From Candidatus Poribacteria bacterium (lineage in GTDB: Bacteria > Poribacteria > WGA-4E > UBA9662), in contig JAYZAL010000001.1 of the NCBI GenBank assembly GCA_036339735.1, forward strand, positions 1 to 64,000: a DNA stretch of 64,000 bases, written 5' to 3'. Below the pieces are notes generated by a model that saw only the letters and a list, made by a program, of their open reading frames with translations, did not search any database and had not been told where the DNA came from. Numbering within the stretch: the first letter of the stretch is position 1; each line of letters opens with the position of its first letter. The position numbers and the translations under genes were made by a program. Positions 8,400 through 18,926 of this stretch are shown here, piece after piece.

Positions 8400-10190
8400 C
8401 TACAATTGATTCTTTCTTTTTTTAAATTGTTTGTGATACATGTCAGCATACAGGCCGTCTAAGGCCAGTAATTCTTCATGAGTTCCCATTTCAGCGATTC
8501 GACCGTCTTTTAAAGCTACAATAGATGTAGCATCCAAAATAGTAGACAAACGGTGTGCGATAACAAAGGAGGTACGTCCTTCCATTAGTCGACTCAGTGC
8601 TTGTTGGATTTTTGACTCCGAATCAGAATCTAGGGCGGAAGTAGCTTCATCGAGTATCAACACCCTCGGATTCCTGAGTATTGTCCGCGCAATAGATATA
8701 CGCTGTCTTTGACCGCCTGACAAGCCACCGCCTCTTTCTCCAACTTCTGTTTGGTAACCTTGAGCTAACTCTTCAACAATAAATTGATGTGCGTTAGCTG
8801 AGATCGCAGCTTGCACAACTTCTTCGTCACTGGCATCGAGCTTACCGAAACGGATATTGTCAGCGATTGAACCTTGGAAAAGGTAGTTATCTTGTAAAAC
8901 AACACCTAATTGATCTCTTAAAGAGCGGATTTTGATTGATTTTAGGTCATACCCATCAATGGTAATTTGTCCTTCAGTTGGATCATAGAAACGGGAAATC
9001 AAATTAGCCAAAGTTGTTTTCCCTGATCCCGAAGGTCCAACCAAAGCGATCATTGAGTCAGGCTTCACTTCAAAGGTTATTTGTTGTAGAATTGGTTTTT
9101 CCGGTTCGTAACTAAACGATACACCACTGAATTTCACACTACCCCTAACTGGAGGCAGATCAACAGCATCAGGTGCTTCCGGCACCGTTGGTTCTGAATC
9201 TAATAATCCAAAAACACGTTCGGCAGAAATTAGTGCTTCTTGGATAGTCGCATTAATATTTACCAATTTCATCATAGGACCATAAAGGCTGCCCAAAAAT
9301 TGATAAAAAGCCACCATCGTACCAACTGTCATTTCCTCATTGACAACTAAATATCCTCCATAACAAAGAACTACACCACTACCTAAGGAACGAAAAAATA
9401 TAGATACACGACCCATGGTCGTACGTTGCTTAGCTAGATCAAGTTCGTCATCTAGCATGTCTTTCATTCCATGAAAGATTTTTTCTTCTTGATGTTCTTC
9501 ACGATGGAAGGCTTTGATAACTTTAGCTCCTGCCACAGATTCATACATTTCGGTCGACAGGTCAGCCCATTTATTTCTCAATCCTCGCCATACATGTTTC
9601 ATTCCATTAATAAAAAAAAGATAGTTACCAACGACTAAAGGTAGAACTGCTAACGAAACCAAGGTCAATTTCCAGTTCCATTTGAACATGACAACTATCA
9701 TGGTGACAAACATCATGACATCAGTCAAGATATCGATCGAAGTATCTGTTACCAATGAACGAAGTGCACTAACATCTTCTCTGACACGAGACAGAATTTG
9801 GCCTGTCCCATGCATATCATAGAAACGCATTGACATTTGTTGCATGTGACTGAAGGCCTCTTTTCTCAGGTCGAATAAAATCTTTTGACTAATCCATGTC
9901 ATTACATAAGTACGAACATATGATAAAAGACCAACAACAATATAAAAACCAATGATAGTTGTGAGAACAATAATCAACCATGAAACGGGATCTTGGTCTA
10001 TCTCGAAATTCAACCATTTAATAGCAATTGATTCTTCTTTTGTTTTAGACAGGATATCGTCAATTACGAACCGCTGCACTAATGGCATAAAGAGCTGAGA
10101 TTGGGCTAAAACAAGTATCAGCAGGAAACCAAAAATTAGCCAACCCAAATAAGGTCGACCATACTTGATAATGCGGATAAAGTTTTTCAT
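8400..10190 (-). CDS. ABC exporter, fused permease and ATP-binding (MsbA-like)
   Basis: N-terminal TM domain, GPSGSGKT, LSGGQRQR, ILDEATSALD, IAHRLST. Confidence 0.93.
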   Translation of the reverse strand: MKNFIRIIKYGRPYLGWLIFGFLLILVLAQSQLFMPLVQRFVIDDILSKTKEESIAIKWLNFEIDQDPVSWLIIVLTTIIGFYIVVGLLSYVRTYVMTWISQKILFDLRKEAFSHMQQMSMRFYDMHGTGQILSRVREDVSALRSLVTDTSIDILTDVMMFVTMIVVMFKWNWKLTLVSLAVLPLVVGNYLFFINGMKHVWRGLRNKWADLSTEMYESVAGAKVIKAFHREEHQEEKIFHGMKDMLDDELDLAKQRTTMGRVSIFFRSLGSGVVLCYGGYLVVNEEMTVGTMVAFYQFLGSLYGPMMKLVNINATIQEALISAERVFGLLDSEPTVPEAPDAVDLPPVRGSVKFSGVSFSYEPEKPILQQITFEVKPDSMIALVGPSGSGKTTLANLISRFYDPTEGQITIDGYDLKSIKIRSLRDQLGVVLQDNYLFQGSIADNIRFGKLDASDEEVVQAAISANAHQFIVEELAQGYQTEVGERGGGLSGGQRQRISIARTILRNPRVLILDEATSALDSDSESKIQQALSRLMEGRTSFVIAHRLSTILDATSIVALKDGRIAEMGTHEELLALDGLYADMYHKQFKKRKNQL

Positions 10191-10257
10191 AGATCAATTC
10201 TTATTACGTGCAGCCACTGATAAAAATCACTCTAGTGATTATAAGAACGGGAAGATA

Positions 10258-10299
10258 ATAAAAAATTTGCTCTGGTATATTAGCTTACCAGAGCAAATT
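10258..10299 (-). terminator. Intrinsic terminator
   Basis: 14-bp perfect stem AATTTGCTCTGGTA/TACCAGAGCAAATT followed by a T-run on the minus strand, just after the 10324 stop. Confidence 0.75.
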
Positions 10300-10323
10300 G
10301 GAGGGGCATTTCAACTAGGATAA

Positions 10324-11385
10324 TTATATTTTCAATTTTTCACTCAGTCGGATAATAGCACCAAATTTGTCAATGGCAGTATATTCCAAGGATGAAACGC
10401 TCAAAATTAATTTTTGACAAGCTCTTAGGCTTTGATAAAAACGTTTTTGACGGAAGCGTTGAGATATAGACTGACCTAACCCATTTATCTCTTCGTTGGA
10501 CTCATTCAAATCAGCTAGAAGTTGAGATGAAAATTGAAACTTAATTTTTAATTTGCGTAGAAGTCGAGCCAGCTGTTGGTAAATAGCAACAATCTCGTCA
10601 AATAACACTAACTCTCTATCTTCAAAGTTATCACGGATAGATTGGAGGTAAGAGAGAATGACATCTTTACCTTCTAAAATTTGGCTAAGTGGAGTTTGTC
10701 CCCACTTTAGGATATCCCTAAAATCTATTTCAGCCACTTCCCATGTTTTTTTAATGCTATCTTCGATATGATTAGAAAGTGCTTGATATGCTTCTGTTCC
10801 CATGGCACTTCCATCTATTTTTCGACGGATACGCATCAGTTTTCGCGCCAGTCGAAATACACTGTAAGCAGTTTCACGTTCATCTGGCAACCGATCTCGG
10901 TCTTCTATCAGGAATTGATAGTAACCATCTAAACCGAGTTCGTAAAAGCCTTTAATAGACAGCCATTTTCTTTCCAGTTCTTTAGCATTGAAAGCTTTTG
11001 TATAACCATTTTTCCCAAGAACTTGGTCTGGCTCTGAACTAGCAGCAAAAAATGGATGGCCATTATCAAAAGGAATTAGTGCGATTCTGCCTTGCTTGAC
11101 GTTTTGGTATAGACGATTCCAGGCAGTTTCGTATTCTGCATCGTAGTGTAGTTCGTATTTAAGACCCATTACACGACATACCGTGCGTAATGGATTATGG
11201 AAGACTGCATGAATACTTTGTTCTGGGTTACTTCGATTGTATGAAATACGGAAGGGCTCTCCTGAGACAGCCATCAAGTAAGGGAGTGGAATATCTAGTC
11301 CTTGATGGTTAAGTGCCTCATGAACACAATGGATTGATTCCATTGGTGCTGCATGTTTAGGTAGGGGGTCTGCATCCTGACGCAT
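10324..11385 (-). CDS. Hypothetical protein, weakly BtrH/papain-like N-terminal region plus helical C-terminus
   Basis: 353-aa ORF with AGAGG RBS. The pattern L...G......YLMAVSG..F...Y is reminiscent of BtrH-N-like proteins; family call is tentative. Confidence 0.55.
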   Translation of the reverse strand: MRQDADPLPKHAAPMESIHCVHEALNHQGLDIPLPYLMAVSGEPFRISYNRSNPEQSIHAVFHNPLRTVCRVMGLKYELHYDAEYETAWNRLYQNVKQGRIALIPFDNGHPFFAASSEPDQVLGKNGYTKAFNAKELERKWLSIKGFYELGLDGYYQFLIEDRDRLPDERETAYSVFRLARKLMRIRRKIDGSAMGTEAYQALSNHIEDSIKKTWEVAEIDFRDILKWGQTPLSQILEGKDVILSYLQSIRDNFEDRELVLFDEIVAIYQQLARLLRKLKIKFQFSSQLLADLNESNEEINGLGQSISQRFRQKRFYQSLRACQKLILSVSSLEYTAIDKFGAIIRLSEKLKI

Positions 11386-11795
11386 TTTAAAAACCTCTTA
11401 ATTTAATTATGAGTTGTCTTTATTTGTTGATCGATGGACTTGACTGCCTTAAGCAAATCACTCCATCCTAAAATCACATCCATTAGCAGACGATACCAAA
11501 AGAAAAACGTTTATGTTTGACGCAAAAAAATATTTTTCCTACTAATAGATCTGAGATACATGAAAATACGATACATTATTGTAATCGTTTCAAATAGATA
11601 AACAAAAATTAATTAACATCCCAACCTTTAGATCTAATTTTGGGGGTTGATTCAGAAATCAAGAACTTTTTGGAATAGATTATTTAGTTTACGATGAACT
11701 TCTGGAGCCTACTTCACGCTCCTCAAAAAACAATAAAAAGGAATTTTTCAGCCTGTCTGGGCATCAGGTTGCTCTTCTGTCATCAACATTTATAT

Positions 11796-12371
11796 TCACT
11801 GATTTGATTCGCAATTATTAATCACAAAGTGGGCATACTCTTTTGGTTTGAATCTGATCCAATGTTCTTCGTCATTTCGTTTCCAAACTCCATTCCAACT
11901 CTCATCTTGTGGGTTTTTGTATATCTCCTGATCCCGCTTCTTTCCCCGCCTAATAGCCTCATCAATAGGACAATCGATCCAGACCATCACAGAAAAATAG
12001 TCTGTCAGTTCTGGACGAAATAACCCAACCCCTTCGACAATGATTTGACCTATATGTTCAATTCGTTTCGTTGTTACCACCGAATTACTGGTCCAATCAA
12101 AATGTCCATACTCAAGTACTCGATCGCCGTTAAAAAATGGGATCAATATCTCGCTTTCCAGTCGCCTAAAGTCCATACACTCCCAGTTTGAATAGTTGAT
12201 GGCTACCTGATCGATTATGAAGGAGTCCAGGCTGATAACCGGAATATTCATAAGGCCGGCAAGTAAATCGGCAAATGTAGACTTGCCGCTTCCCCCGAAT
12301 CCTGAAATTGCCATTACCGATGGTAGTGGAAGCGATTTTATATGTTGAGGGAGTTCGTGCGGAATTATCAT
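11796..12371 (-). CDS. P-loop kinase, uridine kinase-like
   Basis: ISGFGGSGKST, LDSF, IIVEGV, VWIDCP...A..RG..RD. Confidence 0.8.
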   Translation of the reverse strand: MIIPHELPQHIKSLPLPSVMAISGFGGSGKSTFADLLAGLMNIPVISLDSFIIDQVAINYSNWECMDFRRLESEILIPFFNGDRVLEYGHFDWTSNSVVTTKRIEHIGQIIVEGVGLFRPELTDYFSVMVWIDCPIDEAIRRGKKRDQEIYKNPQDESWNGVWKRNDEEHWIRFKPKEYAHFVINNCESNQ

Positions 12372-13242
12372 ACCAACCAGTTTAGCTCAGTTGGGTTAGT
12401 TTTTCGATCTCAATTCACGCTCAGTACAGTCTCTTTTTGAACTCTAGGCGTAGCTGAGGACAGGACTTCTGTACTAAAAACATGGACTTTCCTTTTAAGA
12501 CTAAACTACTCGATTGTAGAAGATTTTACAATCTGACCTCCAATCATTGAGAAATTCTCTAGCTCAACCACTAGCTAGAATTTTTGACAATTATAGGATT
12601 ACCAGTTGGCAATTTTTTTATCCATTGTGATGCCTTGGTTGGCTTCAAAATCAGGTTCTACGTAGAATGAATTAACTCTAATGGGTCATGTTGCAAGAAA
12701 ATTTGTTTAATTTTTAACTCCGTTAGCTATTTAACAATTTTTCTTGTCAGGTTTGAGCTGATAGTATCGCTTTTTCTCGGTGATTTAATGATGAAATCAT
12801 AAATCATTAGAAATAAGGCTGTCTATGATTACAAGGGCAAAGCTTATTAATTTGCTACCAAGACAATCACCAATTCCAAAAAACATTCAATAATTTCTTG
12901 ATCTCTTGCAACAATTAATCAGAAAATTCAGTAAGATCATACAAAGAAATTGAAGTAAGAAGTTGTATTTAGTAGTGTGCAGATTTACTTGCTAAGAAAT
13001 GGAAGGCAATTATAATCGGTAGGATATCGCGGTATGCGAAGTAGTTTTCAAATCTTGTTCGAAATTATCGAATAAGATTCGCAAAAGCCCCCAGCATCAC
13101 AACTAGCTACTTTTAAGGCTGAAAAAAGTCCGTGTGGCCAGAACCATTCATTAACTCGACAAAAACGTTTGTTAGATTTCGCAACATGAACACTCGCTAG
13201 GCAATCTGAGGCTTCAATCGTGTTAGAAACTAGCTTGTTTCC

Positions 13243-14676
13243 CTAAACTTGATTATTGCTTTTATTTTCTATTATCCGATTTAGATTAGGATGTTTCTGG
13301 TGCCAATCCGTTATTTTTTGATAGGCAGAACCAACTTGACATAACAAGCGTTCAGACAAATGATGACCAACTAGCTGCATGCTTAGAGGTAAATTATCCT
13401 TGGTAAAGCCACAAGGAATAGATAACGTTGGTAAACCATTGTAGTTAAAGGGGACGGTAAATCGTTGGAATTTAGCTGGCCGATCAGTCATTGGACCATA
13501 CAAACCTTCTGCTGTAACTGGGTGTGGTGGTGCTGACATCGAGGGACAAACCATCAGGTCAATTTCTTTCATGGCTCGTTGAAAATATCCATTACACTCA
13601 GCTCTCAGATTATTGGCTCTAGCATATTCAGCTCCTGTTACCATCGCACCTTTGTCTAACCAACCTCGAAACCAAGGCCCATAATTGTTTTTTTGAGATG
13701 GATAAGTAGAACGATGTGCGAAAACTGCCTCAGCTGTACAGAGTATTGGCCAAGCCAAAATGTATTCATCTAGGTTGGGTAAGTCAATATCGATTAATTC
13801 TGCGCCCAGATCAATCAATATCTCTAGACTTTGACGAACAGCGTTGGATAGTTCGTTATCAATATCCGAGGTGGCAAAATTATCGTTGTAACCTATGCGT
13901 ATACCTTTCAGATTAGATAAACTCGGATTCGGTGCGCTTAACATTCTGGAAACCGGTTGGTATAGAGTAGTTGGATCCTTTTCATCTGACCCTGAAATAA
14001 TTTCTAGTATGATGCTTGCATCATCCACACTACGAGTCATTGGTCCTATGTGGTCCATCGACTCAGCCAATGCTAAGACACCATGACGACTGACCCGCCC
14101 CCAGGTAGGTTTGAGCCCTACAATACCACAAGCTGCAGCCGGGAAACGGATAGAACCTCCCGTGTCACTGCCGAGAGAACCAAAGCAAATCCCGCTGGCT
14201 GTTGCAACTCCAGAACCACTCGATGATGAGCCGGTCCAACGATTTATATCCCACGGATTAATTGGAATGGGAAAATCTGGATGGTAACCACCCATAGCAC
14301 CTTCTGTCAAGTTAAGCTTACCTAGTAATATAGCTCCTGCTTGTACCAGTCTTCGAACCACCGTCGCATCAAATTCAGGAATATGGTTCGCATTAACTCT
14401 CGCCCCTCCCATTGTCCGAATACCTTTGGTATAACAAAGATCCTTGACAGCAATGGGAATGCCATGAAGCGGTCCTTTGTAATGACCAGATAGAATTTCT
14501 GTTTCCGTCTTTTTGGCAGCATCTAACGCTAGTTCGCTGGTGACAGTAGCGTAACTTTTGAGATATGGGTCAAATTTGTCAATGCGTTCTAGTAACGAGA
14601 GCGTTAATTCAACTGGGGATATTTGCCTAGAGTTAATTAGCTCTGCTATTTGAAGAATTGTATTAAAGTACAGCAT
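13243..14676 (-). CDS. Amidase (amidase-signature family)
   Basis: GPLHGIPIAVKD, GSSSGS, GSDTGGSIRFPAA, GLKPTWGRVS. Confidence 0.92.
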   Translation of the reverse strand: MLYFNTILQIAELINSRQISPVELTLSLLERIDKFDPYLKSYATVTSELALDAAKKTETEILSGHYKGPLHGIPIAVKDLCYTKGIRTMGGARVNANHIPEFDATVVRRLVQAGAILLGKLNLTEGAMGGYHPDFPIPINPWDINRWTGSSSSGSGVATASGICFGSLGSDTGGSIRFPAAACGIVGLKPTWGRVSRHGVLALAESMDHIGPMTRSVDDASIILEIISGSDEKDPTTLYQPVSRMLSAPNPSLSNLKGIRIGYNDNFATSDIDNELSNAVRQSLEILIDLGAELIDIDLPNLDEYILAWPILCTAEAVFAHRSTYPSQKNNYGPWFRGWLDKGAMVTGAEYARANNLRAECNGYFQRAMKEIDLMVCPSMSAPPHPVTAEGLYGPMTDRPAKFQRFTVPFNYNGLPTLSIPCGFTKDNLPLSMQLVGHHLSERLLCQVGSAYQKITDWHQKHPNLNRIIENKSNNQV

Positions 14677-14706
14677 TAATCATGAATTGTAGTTCACTCG
14701 TTATTA

Positions 14707-15039
14707 TTAGCTTGGCGGACGGAAAAAATCCCATAACTTCTTCAATACACTCTTTACACCCTTTAATTGTTCTTTTTGTTCATCGACCTGATCTTGTAAT
14801 AACCCTAGCCCTAGTCTTATTTCGGTTGCTTCCCGACGCATTTGATCCGACAAATCCACTGTTTTTTCTATTTGTTCTAGTTGTTTTTGTAAACGGTTAA
14901 TTTGTGAGCTTTGAAGTGAATTAATCGCTCGGCTGGAATGATAAGTATCCTCTTTATTAAGCAGTTGTAGATAAACATTTATTTTACCATCTGATTGTTC
15001 ATCTGATTTGGAACCAGCAGGAGAGTCAGATGGCTGCAT
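14707..15039 (-). CDS. Hypothetical coiled-coil protein (start moved to the ATG at 15039)
   Basis: MQPSDSPAG... start overlaps the upstream gene end by 14 nt; heptad L/Q/E pattern. Confidence 0.55.
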   Translation of the reverse strand: MQPSDSPAGSKSDEQSDGKINVYLQLLNKEDTYHSSRAINSLQSSQINRLQKQLEQIEKTVDLSDQMRREATEIRLGLGLLQDQVDEQKEQLKGVKSVLKKLWDFFRPPS

Positions 15040-15748
15040 CGACAAACCGCTTAAATAATTGTTTGGCAATTCTGTGCCGCTTCCACATAAGTTCAGGGTG
15101 GAATTGAACTCCAACCGCAAAAGTATAGCTGGAATTTTCAATAGCTTCAATTACTCCGTCGGTCGCGACAGCTGTGGCTTGGAACCCGGAAGCTAAATCT
15201 CGTATTGATTGGTGATGATAAGAATTAACACGAGATGTAGTCGTGTTAGCTGACCGATGCAAGATAGTATCTGCTTCAATATGGATTGTATGAGCTGCGT
15301 ACCAACCGACGCCTTGCTGGGAATGGCTAACATTTGATGTTGGTATTTGGCTTATGATATCTTGAAAGATAGTACCACCCATAGCTAGGTTGATCATTTG
15401 CGCGCCACGGCAAATCCCCAACAAGGGTAAATTTTTCTCTAAAGATTGGCGAACTAGATACAATTCCATTTGATCACGGATTGGATCAACCCGGCCAATT
15501 TTCGGATGTGGTTGTTCCCCGAAAATCAAAGCGTCAGGATCTCCACCACCAGATAATAGAAGACCATCGGAGATGGACAAATACATGTCCAAAACCTGCT
15601 GGTTTTCAGTATGAGGGAGAATGATAGAACTACCACCTGCTGCTTCTATGGCTTCTGCATAATGTCGGGAAAGAAAATTGGTATCAGCGTCTGCTTTACA
15701 AGTAATGCTGATAACAGGACGTTCAAAAGAATTATGTTGTTCCATCAT
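15026..15748 (-). CDS. Gamma-glutamyl-gamma-aminobutyrate hydrolase family (peptidase C26, class I glutamine amidotransferase fold)
   Basis: LLLSGGGD, LGICRGAQ, VNSYHHQ, GVQFHPE. Confidence 0.9.
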   Translation of the reverse strand: MMEQHNSFERPVISITCKADADTNFLSRHYAEAIEAAGGSSIILPHTENQQVLDMYLSISDGLLLSGGGDPDALIFGEQPHPKIGRVDPIRDQMELYLVRQSLEKNLPLLGICRGAQMINLAMGGTIFQDIISQIPTSNVSHSQQGVGWYAAHTIHIEADTILHRSANTTTSRVNSYHHQSIRDLASGFQATAVATDGVIEAIENSSYTFAVGVQFHPELMWKRHRIAKQLFKRFVDAAI

Positions 15749-15811
15749 GCTCCAGTAAATGTGAACCCGATACTAAAAAACTAAATGGTGAATGGTCCAA
15801 GTTGATGGTGT

Positions 15812-17383
15812 CTACTTTATATTGAGTGTCACATACTCCGGTCGACCATTACTATGAAGGACATGCAGCAAGATTTTGGATTCTTTGGCTACTGCATTTA
15901 GACGGGTACGATAATCCTCTATGTTAGCAACAGGTTCCCAGTCAATCTCCTTTATTAGGTCCCCAACCTGTAGACCCGCTTTTTCTGCTGAGCTATCACC
16001 TTCTATACTAGTCACAACTACCCCCTCTTCATCCTGATAGTCGTACTGGTTAGCCAGTTCATCTGTCAAATTTACCACTTTCATCCCTGCGAATTGTTCC
16101 GATTGATCATCATTGGATTCACGCCCCATGTCTTGTCCGGTCTGCAAGTTAGCTAAGACTTTTTCTGTTCTTTTTCCCAACTTAATTTTCAGATTCTTAG
16201 TTTTACCTTTCCGGACGACTTTTACGCTAACACGCTCACCAGCCCCAGCATCGGCCACAATATTTCTCAAATCATCTCCATCTTTGATTTGCTGCCCATC
16301 AAAAGAAATGATAACATCTCCTCGCTTAAGACCTCCTTTATCAGCAGGACTATTTGAGCCTACCATAACTACTAAGGCTCCATTTGTATCAGGCAGCTCA
16401 TATTTCTCAGCAATGTCTTTAGTCACTCCCTGGAACTGTATACCAAGCCAACCACGTGTGACTTCACCATCTTTTTTCAGTGCCTGCATGATCTTCTGAA
16501 CCAGATTACTGGGTATAGCAAAACCAACACCAACATTACCTTGAGACATGCCGTTACTAGTTAGAATTGCTGTATTAATACCAATTAATTGCCCGCGTAC
16601 ATTAATCAAAGCGCCACCGCTATTCCCACGATTAATAGCAGCATCAGTTTGAATAAAATCTGCATAGCTGGCTATACTTACATCGCTAGTGTCTCTTCCT
16701 TTCGCGCTAACGATACCTCTGGTAACGGTTTGAGACAAACCGAAAGGACTACCAATAGCAACCACCCACTCGCCAACTTCTAATTGACTGGAATCCCCAA
16801 AGGTTAAATGTGGTAAGTTTTTTTCTTCGATTTTTAGTAAAGCCAAGTCTGTACCATCCCGTCCAGAGTCAGTACCAATAATTTTTGCTTCAAACTCACG
16901 ACCGTCAGATAGTACAACTTGGACGTCACTGGCACCTTCAATCACATGATTATTAGTCAGAATATATCCGTCCGAGCTGACAATCGCACCAGAACCAAGG
17001 CCACCTGGGACTTCACGTTGCCTCGGCGGTGATTCTTCATTACCTTCCTCTGGTGGGACTGCATCAGGAAAAAATCGTCTCCATTGTCTAAAGAAATCTT
17101 CATCAAACGGCATCTGTTGACGACGATTTGAAATCATACGTGTCGTTGTAATCTGAACCACCGCAGGTTTTGCTTTATTAACTAAATTAATAAAGGCTCG
17201 ATTGGCTCTTTCCAAATGCTCTTGGTCTAGGCTTAAATTATTCTGTTCTGACTGGGCTATTGCAGTAGGTAAAATAACTGGTAAAGCTTGCCAACTAATA
17301 CACAAAACTAGAACAAAACCTAGTATTGATCTTAATTTTTCGATCTTTATTAGATTTGAGTATTCTGAGGTGTTTAATTTCAT
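15812..17383 (-). CDS. degP: Do/DegP-family serine endoprotease with two PDZ domains
   Basis: GLGSG, TNNHV, TDLALLK, IQTDAAINRGNSGG, RGWLGI; signal/TM segment. Confidence 0.9.
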   Translation of the reverse strand: MKLNTSEYSNLIKIEKLRSILGFVLVLCISWQALPVILPTAIAQSEQNNLSLDQEHLERANRAFINLVNKAKPAVVQITTTRMISNRRQQMPFDEDFFRQWRRFFPDAVPPEEGNEESPPRQREVPGGLGSGAIVSSDGYILTNNHVIEGASDVQVVLSDGREFEAKIIGTDSGRDGTDLALLKIEEKNLPHLTFGDSSQLEVGEWVVAIGSPFGLSQTVTRGIVSAKGRDTSDVSIASYADFIQTDAAINRGNSGGALINVRGQLIGINTAILTSNGMSQGNVGVGFAIPSNLVQKIMQALKKDGEVTRGWLGIQFQGVTKDIAEKYELPDTNGALVVMVGSNSPADKGGLKRGDVIISFDGQQIKDGDDLRNIVADAGAGERVSVKVVRKGKTKNLKIKLGKRTEKVLANLQTGQDMGRESNDDQSEQFAGMKVVNLTDELANQYDYQDEEGVVVTSIEGDSSAEKAGLQVGDLIKEIDWEPVANIEDYRTRLNAVAKESKILLHVLHSNGRPEYVTLNIK

Positions 17384-17420
17384 TACTTATTTCCCTTAGT
17401 CGTCTAAATTTTGTCTCTAT

Positions 17421-18737
17421 TTACTTTTGAGTATGAATTAAATGCTTAATTTGATCGATATATTGATCCAGACCAAAAATACTTTGTTGACGAGTTTCCA
17501 TATCTCGGACGGCAACTTCATTTCTAGCTAACTCATCGGGACCAATTACTAAGGCTAGAGGAATTCCCTTCCGGTTAGCATATCCAAAGGTTTGACGAAA
17601 TGATTTAGGTTCTAAATAAATTTCAGCATTTATGCCAGCGCGTCGCAACTCGGCCAATCGCTTGAGTGATTCTGGCATCATATCTTGATTATAGGGAGCC
17701 ACTAAAACTTGGGTTGTAGTTTTGACAGCAGGTAACAAATTGAGTTTCTCCATAGAATCAATCAACCGCTCTAGGCCAAAAGAAGTACCAACAGCCGGAA
17801 TATCTCGACCGATATACTGTCCAATTAGTGTGTCCCATCTACCACCACCCACAACACTACCAATACCAGCAGTTTTTACTACTACCTCGAAAATCGGACC
17901 TGTATAATAGTCAAGGCCACGTGCTAGCGACGGATCGAATTTGTAGTGGCTTGTAGGCACATCAAAGGTCTGTAATGTTTGTTGGATTTCTCTCAGTTCG
18001 TCAATTCCTTGACTCGTTTGTCCAAATTCACCGATTAATTGGTCTAATTGACCAAGAATATCGTCCCCCTCCAAAGAGATGACAGCGAATATTCTGTCTA
18101 TTTCGTCTTTAGAAATTCCTTGTTGAATTAGTTCTTCTTGGACTTTTTGGCTGCCAATTTTATCTAGTTTATCAATCGACCGACATACCACACGGAGCTG
18201 ATCAGGTACACCTGCATAAGCCACCATTCCATCTAAAATTTTGCGATTATTGATAAGGATATGAAAATCGTCAAAACCTAAGTTGACCATCATCTCATTA
18301 ATAATTGCCAGGATCTCCGCCTCTACTAGCATGGATGAACTACCTACGGCATCAATATCACACTGAGTAAATTCACGATATCGGCCTTTCTGTGGTCTTT
18401 CGCCTCTCCAAACTTGCTGGATTTGGTATCGTTTAAAAATGGGTCGCACAAGTTCTGAATTACTACCAATCGTTCTGGCTAGTGGTACAGTCAAATCATA
18501 GCGGAGCGCTAAGGTATTTCCATCTCGATGTGCTAAACGGTAAATCAGGTTTTCTGCTTCTTGACCATATTTACCAGTCAATATGTCATAGTATTCAATC
18601 GCTGGTGTTTCCAGAGGTTCAAAACCATATTTTTCAAATACACATCGCAACTGATCGGTGACGAAATTTCGGTATACCATTTGTTCTGGCAGTCGATCTC
18701 GAAGACCAGAGTAGAGACGAGGTTGAATGGTATTCAT
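17421..18737 (-). CDS. hisS: Histidine--tRNA ligase
   Basis: LRYDLTVPLAR, WRGERPQKGRYREFTQCD, LARGLDYYTG, GGGR, C-terminal anticodon-binding domain. Confidence 0.96.
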   Translation of the reverse strand: MNTIQPRLYSGLRDRLPEQMVYRNFVTDQLRCVFEKYGFEPLETPAIEYYDILTGKYGQEAENLIYRLAHRDGNTLALRYDLTVPLARTIGSNSELVRPIFKRYQIQQVWRGERPQKGRYREFTQCDIDAVGSSSMLVEAEILAIINEMMVNLGFDDFHILINNRKILDGMVAYAGVPDQLRVVCRSIDKLDKIGSQKVQEELIQQGISKDEIDRIFAVISLEGDDILGQLDQLIGEFGQTSQGIDELREIQQTLQTFDVPTSHYKFDPSLARGLDYYTGPIFEVVVKTAGIGSVVGGGRWDTLIGQYIGRDIPAVGTSFGLERLIDSMEKLNLLPAVKTTTQVLVAPYNQDMMPESLKRLAELRRAGINAEIYLEPKSFRQTFGYANRKGIPLALVIGPDELARNEVAVRDMETRQQSIFGLDQYIDQIKHLIHTQK

Positions 18738-18864
18738 ATTGCTCCTACTACTATTTATCGTTAACTACGGAATACAACGACAGGCAATGTCATTATATTA
18801 CATGCTCACAAAGTAAAAATCTAATTATTAAGACTTATGGTTTCGTTTGATGTTCGCAAAATAC

Positions 18865-18899
18865 AAAAAAAGCCGCAAGTGAAGCACCTCACTTGCGGC
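18865..18899 (-). terminator. Intrinsic terminator after mdh
   Basis: 11-bp stem GCCGCAAGTGA/TCACTTGCGGC followed by T7 on the minus strand. Confidence 0.9.
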
Positions 18900-18926
18900 C
18901 TACGAAAGTAATTTCTGATTAATTAC

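Noticed and set aside
12376-12410. tRNA-like 5' sequence ACCAGTTTAGCTCAGTTGG
   Set aside because: No anticodon arm, T-arm or acceptor-stem complement follows, so it cannot fold as a cloverleaf.
13243-14676. Amidase as gatA
   Set aside because: No gatB or gatC adjacent and no GatA-specific motifs recognised; kept as a generic amidase.
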